Shown one piece after another: positions 45,678-55,953 of a stretch of 64,000 nt of DNA. Source of the stretch: an uncultured Actinomycetes bacterium. GTDB lineage: Bacteria > Actinomycetota > Thermoleophilia > Gaiellales > JAICJC01. Position 1 is the first letter of the stretch, and each line of letters begins with the position of its first letter. The DNA lies in NCBI GenBank assembly GCA_963720885.1, contig CAVRGW010000004.1:18674-82673 (forward strand), in the 5' to 3' direction. The notes below the pieces were generated by a model. That model did not search any database and was not told where the DNA came from. It saw only the letters and a list, made by a program, of their open reading frames with translations. The translations under genes were made by a program, and so were the position numbers.

Positions 45678-46696
45678 GCGACGAGCCGTTGACCTACGCC
45701 TCCGCCGGCGTCAGCCTGGAGGCGGGGGACGAGGTGGTCGAGCGGATCAAGGGAGCGGTGGCCTCGACGCACATCAAGGGCGTCGTCGGCGGGGTCGGCG
45801 GATTCGCGGGCCTGTTCACTCCGAGCCTCGGCGACCCGTTGCTGGCAGCCGGCTGCGACGGCGTCGGCACCAAGATCCTGCTGGGCAAGCGGGCCGGCCG
45901 GTTCCACGGCCTGGGCGTCGACCTGGTCGCGATGTGCGCCAACGACGTGCTGACCAGCGGCGCGCGGCCCGCGTTCTTCATGGATGTGATCACCTGCGGC
46001 AAGGTCCTTCCGGAGCGGGTGGCCGAGCTGGTCGAGGGCGTCGCGGACGGCTGCAGGCAGGCGGGCTGCGCGCTGCTCGGCGGCGAGACCGCGGAGCACC
46101 CGGACATGATGCCGGCCGACGACTTCGACATGGCCGGCTTCTGTGTCGGCGGCTGCGAGCGGCGGGAGATGATCTCCGGCGCCCGCTGTCAGACCGGCGA
46201 CGTGGTGATCGCGCTGGCCTCCAGCGGCCCGCACTCGAACGGGTTCTCGCTGATCCGCAAGCTGCTGGAGCGGTCCGGCGATTCGCTGGACGACACGCCG
46301 TCCGGGCTCGGCGGTCGATCGGTCGCCGACGCGCTGCTCGAGCCGACCCGGATCTACGCCGAGCCGGTGCGGATGCTGGTGGCAACGCTCGACGTCCACG
46401 CGATGGCGCACATCACCGGCGGCGGCATCCCCGGCAACGCCGGTCGCTCGCTGCCGGCCGGCGTCGGCATGCGGATCGACCTCTCGAGCTGGGAGCGGCC
46501 CGCGGTGTTCAGCTGGCTCGCCTCGCTCGGCGTCGAGGAGGAGGAGATGCGGCGGGTGTTCAATCTCGGCGTCGGCTACATCGCGGTGGTGCCCGCAGAT
46601 GTGGCCGAGCTGGCCGTCCGGGTGTTGACCGAGGCCGGCGAGACCGCGTGGGTCGCCGGCGAGCTGGTCGAGGGCGACGGGGTGGTGCTGCGCTGA
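45674..46696 (+). CDS. purM: AIR synthetase
   Basis: TYASAGV, DGVGTK, DLVAM, GGETAEHP, SSGPHSNGFSL, HITGGG. Confidence 0.96.
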   Translation: MSDEPLTYASAGVSLEAGDEVVERIKGAVASTHIKGVVGGVGGFAGLFTPSLGDPLLAAGCDGVGTKILLGKRAGRFHGLGVDLVAMCANDVLTSGARPAFFMDVITCGKVLPERVAELVEGVADGCRQAGCALLGGETAEHPDMMPADDFDMAGFCVGGCERREMISGARCQTGDVVIALASSGPHSNGFSLIRKLLERSGDSLDDTPSGLGGRSVADALLEPTRIYAEPVRMLVATLDVHAMAHITGGGIPGNAGRSLPAGVGMRIDLSSWERPAVFSWLASLGVEEEEMRRVFNLGVGYIAVVPADVAELAVRVLTEAGETAWVAGELVEGDGVVLR

Positions 46697-47268
46697 AGGC
46701 CGGCGTGCTGATCTCGGGATCCGGCACGAACCTGCAGGCGCTGATCGACGCGCCCGACATCGAGGTCGCGTGCGTGGTGTCGAGTCGTGCGGACGCAGGC
46801 GGCCTGGTTCGGGCCGAGGCGGCCGGTCTGCCGGCGCTGGCCTCGGCCGACGAGACGGAGACGCTCGAGTTCCTCGAACGCAACGCCGTCGGCGTCGTCG
46901 TGCTCGCGGGCTACATGCGCATCCTGTCGCCGGTCTTCGTGCGCCGGTACTCCGGGCGAATCCTCAACGTTCACCCGTCGCTGCTGCCGGCCTTCCCCGG
47001 CGCGACGGCTGTGGCGGACGCTCTGGCGCATGGCGTCCGCGTCACCGGCGTCACCGTTCACCTGGTCGACAACGATCACGTGACGGCCGACTCGGGGCCG
47101 ATCGTGCTGCAGGAGGCCCTGGCCGTTTCGTATGATGAGCCGCCCGAGGAGGTTCTGGACCGGATGCACGAGATCGAACACCGGTTGCTTCCCGAGGCGG
47201 TGCGGCTGTTTGCGGCGGGCCGTCTCCAGGTGGAGGGGCGGCGAGTGCGTGTGAAGGAGCCAGTGTGA
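46693..47268 (+). CDS. purN: Phosphoribosylglycinamide formyltransferase, probable CTG start
   Basis: KAGVLISGSGTNLQAL, LAGYMRIL, NVHPSLLPAFPG, TGVTVH, DSGPI. Confidence 0.93.
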   Translation: MKAGVLISGSGTNLQALIDAPDIEVACVVSSRADAGGLVRAEAAGLPALASADETETLEFLERNAVGVVVLAGYMRILSPVFVRRYSGRILNVHPSLLPAFPGATAVADALAHGVRVTGVTVHLVDNDHVTADSGPIVLQEALAVSYDEPPEEVLDRMHEIEHRLLPEAVRLFAAGRLQVEGRRVRVKEPV

Positions 47269-48803
47269 GGATCGAGCGAGCGCTTGTGTCGGTCAGCGAC
47301 AAGTCCGGGCTGGAGACGTTCGCCCGCGGGCTGCATGAGCTGGGGGTCGAGCTGGTCTCGACCTCGGGTACGGCCGCGGCGCTGGCCGAGGCCGGCATCC
47401 CGTTCACCAGCGTCGAGGATCTGACCGGCGCTGCCGAGATGCTGGGCGGCCGCGTGAAGACGCTGCACCCGTCGATCCACGCCGGCATCCTGGCCCGCCG
47501 CGACCGGGCCGAGGACATGCGGACGCTCGAGGAGCAGGGCATCAAGCCGATCGACATGGTGGTCTGCAATCTCTATCCGTTCCGCGCCGTCGCGAACCGT
47601 CGCGAGGTATCCGAGCTCGAGGTGATCGAGAACATCGACGTCGGGGGCCCGACCATGGTTCGCGCGGCGGCCAAGAACCACCAGGCGGTCGCGGTGGTCA
47701 CCGAACCCGAGCGCTACGGCTTCCTGCTGGACGAATTGCGTGGCGGCGCCGGGTCGTTGTCCACCGAGACGAGGCGCGACCTCGCGGGCGAGGCGTTCGC
47801 GCACACCGCGGGTTACGACGCCGCCATCTCGGCGTGGTTCACGGACACCGATCCCTTCCCCGAGCACGTCGTGCTCGACCTGGTGAAGGCCGGCGATCTG
47901 ACGTACGGCGAGAACCCGCACCAGCGCGCCGCCTTCTACGTCGAGGCCGGGGCTCGGCGTCATCTGCTCTCGCGGATCGAGCAGCTGGGCGGCAGGGCGC
48001 TGTCGTTCAACAACCTCGGCGACCTGAACGCCGCGCGCTCCGCTGTCGCCGCATTCCAGGTGCCGGCGTGCGTGATCGTCAAGCACGCCAACCCGTGCGG
48101 CGCCGCGGTCGGTGCGACGGTCGAGGAGGCGTACGCGAAGGCGCTGGCGGCCGACCCGCTGTCCGCCTACGGAGGCGTGATCGCGGTCAACCGCCCGGTC
48201 TCGGAGGAGCTGGCCCGAGCGTTGCACGAGCAGTTCGTCGAGGTGCTGTTCGCGCCGGGGTACGACGACGCCGGGCTCGAGGTGCTGCGCGGGAAGGGCG
48301 AGCTGCGGATCCTCGAGGACCGGGAGCGGCGCAAGGCGAGCCCGGGCGAGCGCGACTTCCGCCGCGTGCTGGGCGGCGTGCTCGTCCAGGACCGCGACTC
48401 GGACCTCGACGACCGCGACGCGATGACGGTGGTCAGCGAGGCCGCGCCCGACGAGCGCGGCTGGGGCGATCTGCTGTTCGCGTGGCGGCTGTGCAGGTAC
48501 GCGCGGTCGAATGCCATCGTGATCGCCCGCGACCTGGCGTCGGTCGGCATCGGTTCCGGCCAGACCAGCCGTGTCGACGCGGTGCGGCTGGCGGTCGAGA
48601 AGGCGGGCGACCGGGCGTCTGGCGCCGCGCTGGCGTCCGACGCGTTCTTCCCGTTCGACGACGGGCCGCGGGCCGCCGTGGCCGCGGGCGTCAAGGCGAT
48701 CATCCAGCCCGGCGGCTCGAAGCGCGACGACGAGGTGATCGCCGCCGCCAACGAGCTGGGCGTGGCCATGGTGTTCACCGGTCGCCGCCACTTCCTGCAC
48801 TGA
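47265..48803 (+). CDS. purH: Bifunctional AICAR transformylase / IMP cyclohydrolase
   Basis: ALVSVSDK, GRVKTLHP, IDVGGP, YGENPHQ, KHANPCG, ASDAFFPF, RHFLH. Confidence 0.96.
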   Translation: MRIERALVSVSDKSGLETFARGLHELGVELVSTSGTAAALAEAGIPFTSVEDLTGAAEMLGGRVKTLHPSIHAGILARRDRAEDMRTLEEQGIKPIDMVVCNLYPFRAVANRREVSELEVIENIDVGGPTMVRAAAKNHQAVAVVTEPERYGFLLDELRGGAGSLSTETRRDLAGEAFAHTAGYDAAISAWFTDTDPFPEHVVLDLVKAGDLTYGENPHQRAAFYVEAGARRHLLSRIEQLGGRALSFNNLGDLNAARSAVAAFQVPACVIVKHANPCGAAVGATVEEAYAKALAADPLSAYGGVIAVNRPVSEELARALHEQFVEVLFAPGYDDAGLEVLRGKGELRILEDRERRKASPGERDFRRVLGGVLVQDRDSDLDDRDAMTVVSEAAPDERGWGDLLFAWRLCRYARSNAIVIARDLASVGIGSGQTSRVDAVRLAVEKAGDRASGAALASDAFFPFDDGPRAAVAAGVKAIIQPGGSKRDDEVIAAANELGVAMVFTGRRHFLH

Positions 48804-48807
48804 TCCG

Positions 48808-49401
48808 TCAGGACCGGTCGGCGACCGGGATCACGAACTTCAGCCCGGTGTGGGTCGCGGACACCCGCGCCGTCTTCACGTCGTACATGCCGGCGTTGCG
48901 GCCGGCGCCCAGCACCATCGCCTCGGTCAGGTCGGCGCGGCCCTTCGGGCGGATCACCCAGATCGCGCCGTCGGGGACGATCTGCGAGCGCAGCTCCGCG
49001 ATCCGCGCCAGGTCGGACTCGTCGTCGACCTGCAGGAAGACGACGTCAGCCTCGCCGCCGTCAGCGGCGACCCCCACCCCGACCAGCTCGGGGTCGGCGT
49101 CGCCGGCCAGCCGCACCCGCTGGCCGGGCTTGACGCCGAGCTTGTCGGCCAGCGTCTTCGGGTTCGCGATGTCGTGCGTCCACCTGGCCGCCTCCTTCGC
49201 GCCCAGCTCGAGCACCAGCGGCGGGCCGCCGGCGTGGTCGATCGTCAGCCGGTCGCCGTCGACCGCCGTGCCCGTGATGTCCGAGCGCGCCACCTTCAGC
49301 CGGAACGGGCTGCGCACGATCACCTCGTCGGTCTCGAGCAGCGCCTTCGCCTCGGCCTCGTCGCCGCCCGATCGCACCAGGCACCGCACCTCGCGTCCCA
49401 T
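48808..49401 (-). CDS. Hypothetical protein with DUF3052-like C-terminal domain
   Basis: LADKLGVKPG, GAIWV..PKG, G.YDVK..RVS. Confidence 0.6.
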   Translation of the reverse strand: MGREVRCLVRSGGDEAEAKALLETDEVIVRSPFRLKVARSDITGTAVDGDRLTIDHAGGPPLVLELGAKEAARWTHDIANPKTLADKLGVKPGQRVRLAGDADPELVGVGVAADGGEADVVFLQVDDESDLARIAELRSQIVPDGAIWVIRPKGRADLTEAMVLGAGRNAGMYDVKTARVSATHTGLKFVIPVADRS

Positions 49402-49410
49402 GCGCCCACT

Positions 49411-50244
49411 CTATCCCGAGCGCTTCAGCCGCCCGTGGCGCTTGGCGTACTGCTCGCCGCGGCGGAACACCAGCAGCCCAACCGGGATGGCGATCGCGCC
49501 GATCAGGAGCAGCGGCCAGATGTCGCCCCACACCTCGCTGACGCTGGCGCCGTCGATGATCGCATGGCGTGCTCCCTCCAGCGTGTACGTGGCCGGCGAG
49601 ATCACCGACAGCCACTGCATCCACTGCGGCAGGATGGTGACCGGGTAGTAGACGCCGGAGACCACCAGCAGCAGCCCCTGCGCGATGAAGCCGAGCTGCG
49701 TGCCCTTCTCCGGCGAGATCAGCGGCAGCACCGCGGTCATCATGCCGATGCCGATGAACGAGAACGACGAGACGGCCAGCACCACGGCGGCCGCGGTGAA
49801 GTCCGGCTGCTCGAAGTGGACGTCCAGGAACACCGCGACCGCTCCGAACAGCAGGACCGTGCGCAGCACGCCGTAGAGCACGGCGAACGCGCCCATGCCG
49901 AGCAGATGCGCAGGCCGCGAGAGCGGCGCCATGAACGTGTACTCGATCGTGCCCTCCCAGCGCTCCCAGGCGACGGTCTCGGTGACGATCTCGAAGATCA
50001 GCCCCAGGTACGACCAGATGACCGCGCCGATCAGCAGCACGATGGTCGCCTCGTTGACGTCCAGCTGGCCGCCCGCCGCCTCCACGCCCTTGGCGATGAA
50101 GACGATCGTCAGCGTGTTGGCCACCGTGTACAGGAACCAGGCGACCTCCCACCAGGCGAATCGGCGGATCAGGTAGATGTTGCGCTCGACGATGCCGGCG
50201 AAGCCGGTCAGCTCGCGGCGGAATGCTCCCTGCTCGAGCTGCAT
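49411..50244 (-). CDS. ABC-2 type exporter permease
   Basis: Six TM segments, ERWEGTIE, SGVYYP..LP.W. Confidence 0.88.
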   Translation of the reverse strand: MQLEQGAFRRELTGFAGIVERNIYLIRRFAWWEVAWFLYTVANTLTIVFIAKGVEAAGGQLDVNEATIVLLIGAVIWSYLGLIFEIVTETVAWERWEGTIEYTFMAPLSRPAHLLGMGAFAVLYGVLRTVLLFGAVAVFLDVHFEQPDFTAAAVVLAVSSFSFIGIGMMTAVLPLISPEKGTQLGFIAQGLLLVVSGVYYPVTILPQWMQWLSVISPATYTLEGARHAIIDGASVSEVWGDIWPLLLIGAIAIPVGLLVFRRGEQYAKRHGRLKRSG

Positions 50245-51059
50245 CAGCCTCGTCCCTCCTGGTCGTCATCGTCCTCGTCCTCGAACGCCCGGCCCGTGGC
50301 GTTGAGGAATGCCTGCTCGAGCGCCTCGGCGCCGTACAGTCGCTTGATCTCGTCGACGCCGTCCAGGCACAGCAGCTCGCCGTGGTGGAGGATCCCGATG
50401 CGGTCGGCGAGCGCCTCGGCCTCGGCCATGTCGTGGGTGCAGAGCAGGATCGTGGCGTCGTGCTCCGCGCGCATGCGGCGGATGAATGCCTGCACCTCGA
50501 GCTTCGAGCGCGGATCGAGCCCGGTGGTCGGCTCGTCCAGCAGCAGCAGCACCGGCGAGGTCAGCAGCGCGCGGGCCAGCGCGACCTTCTGCTGCATGCC
50601 CCGCGACAGGTCCTCCATCGGCTCGTCGCGCCGCTCCGGCGGGAAGCCGACCTGCTGCAGGATCTGCGGGATCCGCTCGCGGGTCTGGCGCGGCCCGAGT
50701 CCGTAGAACCGGGCGGAGTAACTGAGGTTCTCGACCGGCGACATGCGCTTGAAGAACGACGCCTCGACCGACACCCGGTTGACCAGGCGCTGCACGGCCC
50801 GCGGCTTTGCGAACACGTCGATGCCGAACACCTCGGCGCTGCCGCCGTCGTGCAGGAGCAGCGTCGAGAGCAGGCGGACGAGGGTCGACTTCCCCGAGCC
50901 GTTCTGCCCGAGGATCGCGACGCACTCGCCGCGGGCGATCTGGAAGCTGACGTCGTGCAGGGCCGGGACGCGGCGGCGCTGGCCGAAGCGGCGCGAGCCG
51001 TCGCGGCGGATGAAGTCCTTGCGCAGGTTGTCGACCGAGACGGCCGGTAGGGCGGACAC
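50244..51059 (-). CDS. ABC exporter ATP-binding protein
   Basis: GQNGSGKST, LSRGMQQK, LLLDEPTTGLDP, THDM. GTG start after GAGAGGA. Confidence 0.92.
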   Translation of the reverse strand: MSALPAVSVDNLRKDFIRRDGSRRFGQRRRVPALHDVSFQIARGECVAILGQNGSGKSTLVRLLSTLLLHDGGSAEVFGIDVFAKPRAVQRLVNRVSVEASFFKRMSPVENLSYSARFYGLGPRQTRERIPQILQQVGFPPERRDEPMEDLSRGMQQKVALARALLTSPVLLLLDEPTTGLDPRSKLEVQAFIRRMRAEHDATILLCTHDMAEAEALADRIGILHHGELLCLDGVDEIKRLYGAEALEQAFLNATGRAFEDEDDDDQEGRG

Positions 51060-51213
51060 GGGGCATCCTCTCGGGACGCGGTGGCACCGCCGGCGCGGCG
51101 CAGCGGCCTTCGCGGGCGGTCGGACGCGTATGGGGCTGGCGGCGGGCGCGCACGAGCGCGCGGGAGGCGCGCTCGGCGGAGACGATCGTAGCACCGTGGA
51201 GAACCTGTCGCCT

Positions 51214-51230
51214 GTTGCATATTTTGCAAC
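51214..51230. promoter_or_regulatory. Palindromic operator GTTGC-N7-GCAAC
   Basis: GTTGCATATTTTGCAAC, just upstream of TTGACA (51247-51252). Second copy at 57479-57495. Confidence 0.65.
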
Positions 51231-51317
51231 GCGACCCCGGCGATATTGACATCGTCCGATGCGAAGCGGAAGATGACCCGTCATCTTTCACCCAATTTGG
51301 TTCAGAAAGGGGTGCGC

Positions 51318-52925
51318 ATGAGCTCGGAGCAGCGCTCGGACGCCGAGCAGCTTGCGGAATTCGGCTACAAGCAGGAGCTCCACCGGACGCTCGGGAGCTT
51401 CTCGTCGTTCGCCGCAGGGTTCAGTTACATCTCGATCCTGACGGGCATGTTCCAGACGTCGTACCTCGGCTTCCTCTTTGCCGGGCCGGCGTTCATCTGG
51501 GCGTGGCTGGTCGTCCTCTTCGGACAGATGATGGTCGCACTGCAGTTCGCGGAGCTGTCGGCGCACTACCCGCTGGCGGGCTCGGTGTACCAGTGGTCGA
51601 AGCAGGTCGCCGGCAAGGCCTGGTCATGGAACACGGGATGGATCTATCTGTGTGCACAGATCGTCACCGTCCCCGCGGTGGCGCTGGCCTGGCAGGTCAT
51701 CCTGCCGCAGATCTCGACCAGGTTCCAGGTGTTCAAGTGCTCACCCAGCGACACCTGTCCAGATCCCAGCTTCCCACTGTTCAACAACCCGGACTTCGCC
51801 AAGAACGCGATCCTGCTGGGCATCGTGATGATCACGCTGACGACGATCATCAACGTGCTCGGGGTGAGCGTGCTGTCCAGGGTCAACAACGTCGGTGTTG
51901 CGGCCGAGCTGGTCGGCGCCAGCGGCTTGGTGATCCTGTTCCTGATCCACGCCAACCGCTCGCCCGCCGACGTCCTGACGACGACGGCGAACACGGCGAA
52001 CGTCCCCGTCGACCACGCCTGGGGCTACCTGGGCGCGTTGCTGGTCGGTGCGATCATGCCGCTGTACGTGATGTACGGGTTCGACTCGGCCGGGTCGCTG
52101 GCCGAGGAGACGGACGAACCGCGCAAACGAGCGCCGCGCGCCATCATCCAGGCGCTGGCCACCGCCGGCACGATGGGCTTCCTGCTGATCCTGTTCGGCA
52201 CGATGGCCGTCAGCGACTCCCTGTACCCGGATGGGCTGGGGGCCGGAGGGCTCGCGCTGATCACCAAGGACGTGCTCGGTGACTTCTGGGGCGACGTGTT
52301 CCTGTGGGACTGCGCGCTGGCGATCTTCGTGTGCTGCCTCGCGATCCACGCGATGTCGGTGCGCATCCTGTTCGCGATGGGCCGGGACAACAACCTGCCC
52401 GGCGGCGCCAGGCTGGCCTCGGTCTCCGGCACCCGCCGGGTGCCGGTGTTCCCGGCCATCATGGTCGGCGCGATCGCGATCGCCATCCTGGCGCTCAACA
52501 TCGCCAACCCGTACGCCGTCACGATCGTCCTCGGTCTGGGGATCATCTACATGTACCTGGCGTACCTGGGCGTGACGGTTCCGCTGTTCCAGCGGCGGCT
52601 GGCGGGCTGGCCGAAGGAGCTTCCGACTGCCAATCAGGGCCTGTTCAGGCTCGGCGGCGCGGCGCTTCTGACCAACGGCATCGCCATCGTCTACGGCTCG
52701 TTGATGGTGATCAACCTGGCCTGGCCGCGTGACTACTTCTACGGGACGAAGTGGTACCAGCAGTACGGACCGATCCTGGGCGTCGTGCTTGCGGTCGGCG
52801 CCGGGCTGATCCTGTACTACGGGTATCAGAAGAACAAGATGGAGGTCCTGCCGGAGCACCGCGCGGGCTCCACGGCCGAGGCGCTGGCCGAGGTCACGCA
52901 GCCGCCGATCCACGGCGGCCCATGA
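51318..52925 (+). CDS. APC-superfamily amino acid/amine permease (GABA/choline permease-like)
   Basis: FGYKQELHRTLG.FSSFA.GFS.ISI, AELSAHYPLAG, GFDSAG.LAEET. GAAAGGGG RBS. Confidence 0.9.
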   Translation: MSSEQRSDAEQLAEFGYKQELHRTLGSFSSFAAGFSYISILTGMFQTSYLGFLFAGPAFIWAWLVVLFGQMMVALQFAELSAHYPLAGSVYQWSKQVAGKAWSWNTGWIYLCAQIVTVPAVALAWQVILPQISTRFQVFKCSPSDTCPDPSFPLFNNPDFAKNAILLGIVMITLTTIINVLGVSVLSRVNNVGVAAELVGASGLVILFLIHANRSPADVLTTTANTANVPVDHAWGYLGALLVGAIMPLYVMYGFDSAGSLAEETDEPRKRAPRAIIQALATAGTMGFLLILFGTMAVSDSLYPDGLGAGGLALITKDVLGDFWGDVFLWDCALAIFVCCLAIHAMSVRILFAMGRDNNLPGGARLASVSGTRRVPVFPAIMVGAIAIAILALNIANPYAVTIVLGLGIIYMYLAYLGVTVPLFQRRLAGWPKELPTANQGLFRLGGAALLTNGIAIVYGSLMVINLAWPRDYFYGTKWYQQYGPILGVVLAVGAGLILYYGYQKNKMEVLPEHRAGSTAEALAEVTQPPIHGGP

Positions 52926-52941
52926 CCCGAGCGGAGACACC

Positions 52942-52971
52942 GGGGCGGCCCGCACCACGGCGGGCCGCCCC
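52942..52971 (+). terminator. GC-rich hairpin, probable terminator
   Basis: GGGGCGGCCCGC-ACCACG-GCGGGCCGCCCC. Confidence 0.55.
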
Positions 52972-53013
52972 GCCTTCGCGGCGGATGGCTGTGTGACAAT
53001 GAGTGCTGTGACG

Positions 53014-53400
53014 ATGGAACCGGAACGCTTGCGCAAGCTCGTCCGCCGCGACCTGGTCGTGGTGGCGATGGGCAGCCTGATCGCGATCTGGACCTACAGC
53101 CTGGTCGCCGCCGTGGAACTGGGATCGCTCTCGGAGCTGACGGCGGGGCGCGTCCAGGTGGCCGTGGCAGTCCTCGTCTCGGTGTTCTGCATCTACTGGT
53201 GGGCGGCCGGGCCGCCCGAGTTCATGCGCGATCGCGTGATGGTGCTGATCCCCGTGTTCCTGGTCGCGGGCCCCGGGCTGCTCGGAGTGCACTACCTGGG
53301 CGGCGGCATGGTCGTCGGCATCCTGTCGGGCGCCGTCGGGTTCGCCGCAGCGGCCGTGTTCGGCCTGATGTGGGGCGGCCGACGGCGCGGCCGCGCCTGA
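53014..53400 (+). CDS. Hypothetical four-TM membrane protein
   Basis: Hydrophobic ORF that fills the gap with appropriate codon usage. Start uncertain. Confidence 0.6.
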   Translation: MEPERLRKLVRRDLVVVAMGSLIAIWTYSLVAAVELGSLSELTAGRVQVAVAVLVSVFCIYWWAAGPPEFMRDRVMVLIPVFLVAGPGLLGVHYLGGGMVVGILSGAVGFAAAAVFGLMWGGRRRGRA

Positions 53401-53438
53401 CGCCGCGCACCTGACACCCGCGTATCCTTCCGGGCGCC

Positions 53439-55118
53439 ATGAGCGCGCAGTACATCTACACGATGCACCGGGTCCAGAAGTTCCACGGACCCGAGCGGCA
53501 GGTGCTCCGCGACATCTCGCTGTCGTTCTACCCGGGCGCCAAGATCGGCGTGCTCGGGCCGAACGGCGCGGGCAAGTCGACGCTGCTGCGGATCATGGCG
53601 GGGCTTGACGAGCCGTCCAGCGGCCGCGCCGAGCTGGCGCCCGGCTCGACCGTCGGCCTGCTGTCGCAGGAGCCGCAGCTCGACCCGGCGAAGGACGTGC
53701 GCGGCAACGTCGAGGACGGCGTCGCCGAGAAGCGCGACCTGCTCGAGAAGTTCAACCAGCTGTCGCAGCGGTTCGCCGAACCGATGTCCGACGAGGAGAT
53801 GGCGGCGCTGCTCGAGGAGCAGGGCGAGGTGCAGGATCGCATCGAGCGGCTCGACGCCTGGAATCTCGACCGCGACCTCGATGTCGCGATGGATGCGCTG
53901 CGATGCCCGCCGTCCGATGCCGACGTCGCCACGCTGTCCGGCGGCGAGCGGCGGCGCGTCGCGCTGTGCCGGCTGCTGCTCTCGTCGCCCGACCTGCTGC
54001 TGCTTGACGAGCCGACGAACCATCTCGATGCCGAGTCGGTGGCCTGGCTGGAGCAGTTCCTCGAGCGCTTCTCGGGCACGGTGCTGGCCGTCACCCATGA
54101 TCGCTACTTCCTGGACAACGTCGCCGGGTGGATCCTCGAGCTCGATCGCGGCCATGGGATCCCCTTCCAGGGCAACTACTCGTCGTGGCTCGAGCAGAAG
54201 GAGGCGCGGCTGGGCGTCGAGGAGAAGCAGACGTCGGCCCGCAGGCGCACGCTGCAGCGCGAGCTGGAGTGGGTGCGGATGGCGCCGCGCGCACGCCACG
54301 CCAAGTCCAAGGCGCGGCTCGACGCGTACGAGAAGCTGCTGGCCGAGGAGCAGAACGTCAAGCTCGACTCGGTCGAGATCCACATCCCGGCCGGCGAACG
54401 GCTGGGCGACAAGGTGGTCGAGGCGAAGGGCCTCTCGAAGGGCTTCGGCGACCGGCTGCTGATCGAGGATCTGTCGTTCTCGCTGCCGCCCGGCGGCATC
54501 GTCGGTGTGATCGGCCCGAACGGCGCGGGCAAGACGACGCTGTTCCGAATGATCGTCGGCGACGAGAAGCCCGACCGCGGCACGCTGGAGATCGGCGAGT
54601 CGGTGCAGATCGCCTACGTCGACCAGTCGCGGGCCGAGCTCGACCCGGCGAAGTCGGTGTGGCAGGAGGTCTCGGGCGGCAAGGATCTGATCCACGTGGG
54701 AAAGCGCGAGGTCAACTCGCGGGCCTACGTGGCGTCCTTCAACTTCCGCGGCGGCGACCAGCAGAAGCGGGTCGGCGATCTCTCGGGTGGTGAGCGAAAC
54801 CGGCTGCACCTGGCGAAGCTGCTGCGCAGCGGCGGCAACCTGCTGCTGCTCGACGAGCCGACGAACGACCTGGACGTCGACACGCTGCGCGCGCTCGAGG
54901 TGGCGCTGGACGACTTCGCCGGCTGCGCCGTGGTGATCTCGCATGACCGCTGGTTCCTGAACCGGGTGGCGACGCACATGCTCGCCTTCGAGGGCGATTC
55001 GCAGGTGGCGTGGTTCGAGGGGTCGTACGACGAGTACGAGGAGCACCGCCGCAAGCTGCTGGGCGACGAGGCCGCGCAGCCCCACCGGATCACCTACAAG
55101 CCGCTCGTCCGCACCTAG
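53439..55118 (+). CDS. ettA: ABC-F translational throttle protein EttA
   Basis: [24 protein letters not shown], two ABC domains, [20 protein letters not shown]. Confidence 0.94.
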   Translation: MSAQYIYTMHRVQKFHGPERQVLRDISLSFYPGAKIGVLGPNGAGKSTLLRIMAGLDEPSSGRAELAPGSTVGLLSQEPQLDPAKDVRGNVEDGVAEKRDLLEKFNQLSQRFAEPMSDEEMAALLEEQGEVQDRIERLDAWNLDRDLDVAMDALRCPPSDADVATLSGGERRRVALCRLLLSSPDLLLLDEPTNHLDAESVAWLEQFLERFSGTVLAVTHDRYFLDNVAGWILELDRGHGIPFQGNYSSWLEQKEARLGVEEKQTSARRRTLQRELEWVRMAPRARHAKSKARLDAYEKLLAEEQNVKLDSVEIHIPAGERLGDKVVEAKGLSKGFGDRLLIEDLSFSLPPGGIVGVIGPNGAGKTTLFRMIVGDEKPDRGTLEIGESVQIAYVDQSRAELDPAKSVWQEVSGGKDLIHVGKREVNSRAYVASFNFRGGDQQKRVGDLSGGERNRLHLAKLLRSGGNLLLLDEPTNDLDVDTLRALEVALDDFAGCAVVISHDRWFLNRVATHMLAFEGDSQVAWFEGSYDEYEEHRRKLLGDEAAQPHRITYKPLVRT

Positions 55119-55161
55119 CACGCTCAACCGCCGCGCTGCGGATGCCGATCCCGTGGGTGAG

Positions 55162-55683
55162 ATGTTCGCCCGCCGCTTCGCCACCGTCGTCGCCTGCGTG
55201 AAGATCCTGTTCGGCGCCGTCGAGCTTGCCACCGGGCTGATCTGGCTGTTCGTGACGCCGTCCGGCGTCCAGCACCAGATCCAGCGCCTGGTCGACTGGA
55301 TGGCGTCGCAGCAGCCGGACAACCCGGCGGTCGAGATGCTCCAGCGCCAGCTGCCGACGCTGTTCGCCCATGGCACGCTGGTCGCGCTCGGGCTGATCCT
55401 GCTCGGCTCGGTCAAGCTGGCCGGCGCCGCGGGGTTCCTCTCCGGGCGGCCATGGGGCTACTGGCTGTTCGTCGCCAGCCTCGTCGCGCTGCTCCCGTTC
55501 GACGCGCGCTCGGCTGCGGCCGACGGCTCGCCGTTCGCCTGGCTGTTCGTCGGGCTCGACGTCGCGATCCTCGCCGCGCTGCTCTGGTTCCGCCGGGCGT
55601 TCACGGGGACGGCCGCGGCGGAGCTCGTGCCCCTGGCGCCGGCGACCGGCGAGTCCGGCAGCGGCGTCCATCCGTCGGCGTAG
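55162..55683 (+). CDS. DUF2127-like membrane protein
   Basis: VK..FG.VEL..GL, GF...RPWGYW, four TM segments. Confidence 0.55.
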   Translation: MFARRFATVVACVKILFGAVELATGLIWLFVTPSGVQHQIQRLVDWMASQQPDNPAVEMLQRQLPTLFAHGTLVALGLILLGSVKLAGAAGFLSGRPWGYWLFVASLVALLPFDARSAAADGSPFAWLFVGLDVAILAALLWFRRAFTGTAAAELVPLAPATGESGSGVHPSA

Positions 55684-55758
55684 GCGCCGCGCGCGCCCGG
55701 CGTGGCCGCCGGCGTGCATCGACACACTTTCGCGCGCCTTCGGCACAGGTTGTGCGGC

Positions 55759-55953
55759 GTGCCGGGCACCGTGCCGGGCTCGGTGCCGGGCACAGTGCCA
55801 GGGCCGACGCCCACCGCGACAGCTCCGTGACGCTTCCGGCACCGGTCGTCACGCGATCGTTGCGGGTCGGGCGGCGACTCCGGTGCGGTGCCGGAGCGGG
55901 ACTCCGGTGCGGTGCCAGAGTAGACGCGCCGTTGTGCGCGCGGCGTCACGGAG
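55759..55953. repeat. Intergenic composite repeat region
   Basis: Four 12-bp GTGCCGGG-type units (55759-55806), two 24-bp GACTCCGGTGCGGTGCC units (55876-55920) and an 11-bp inverted repeat (55823-55833 / 55943-55953). Confidence 0.75.

Noticed and set aside
51060-51210. Leader peptide or attenuator ahead of the ABC exporter
   Set aside because: One GC hairpin is present (about 51154-51174) but no short ORF with a convincing start and stop.
55759-55920. CRISPR array
   Set aside because: Repeats are directly tandem without spacers, and no cas genes are present.
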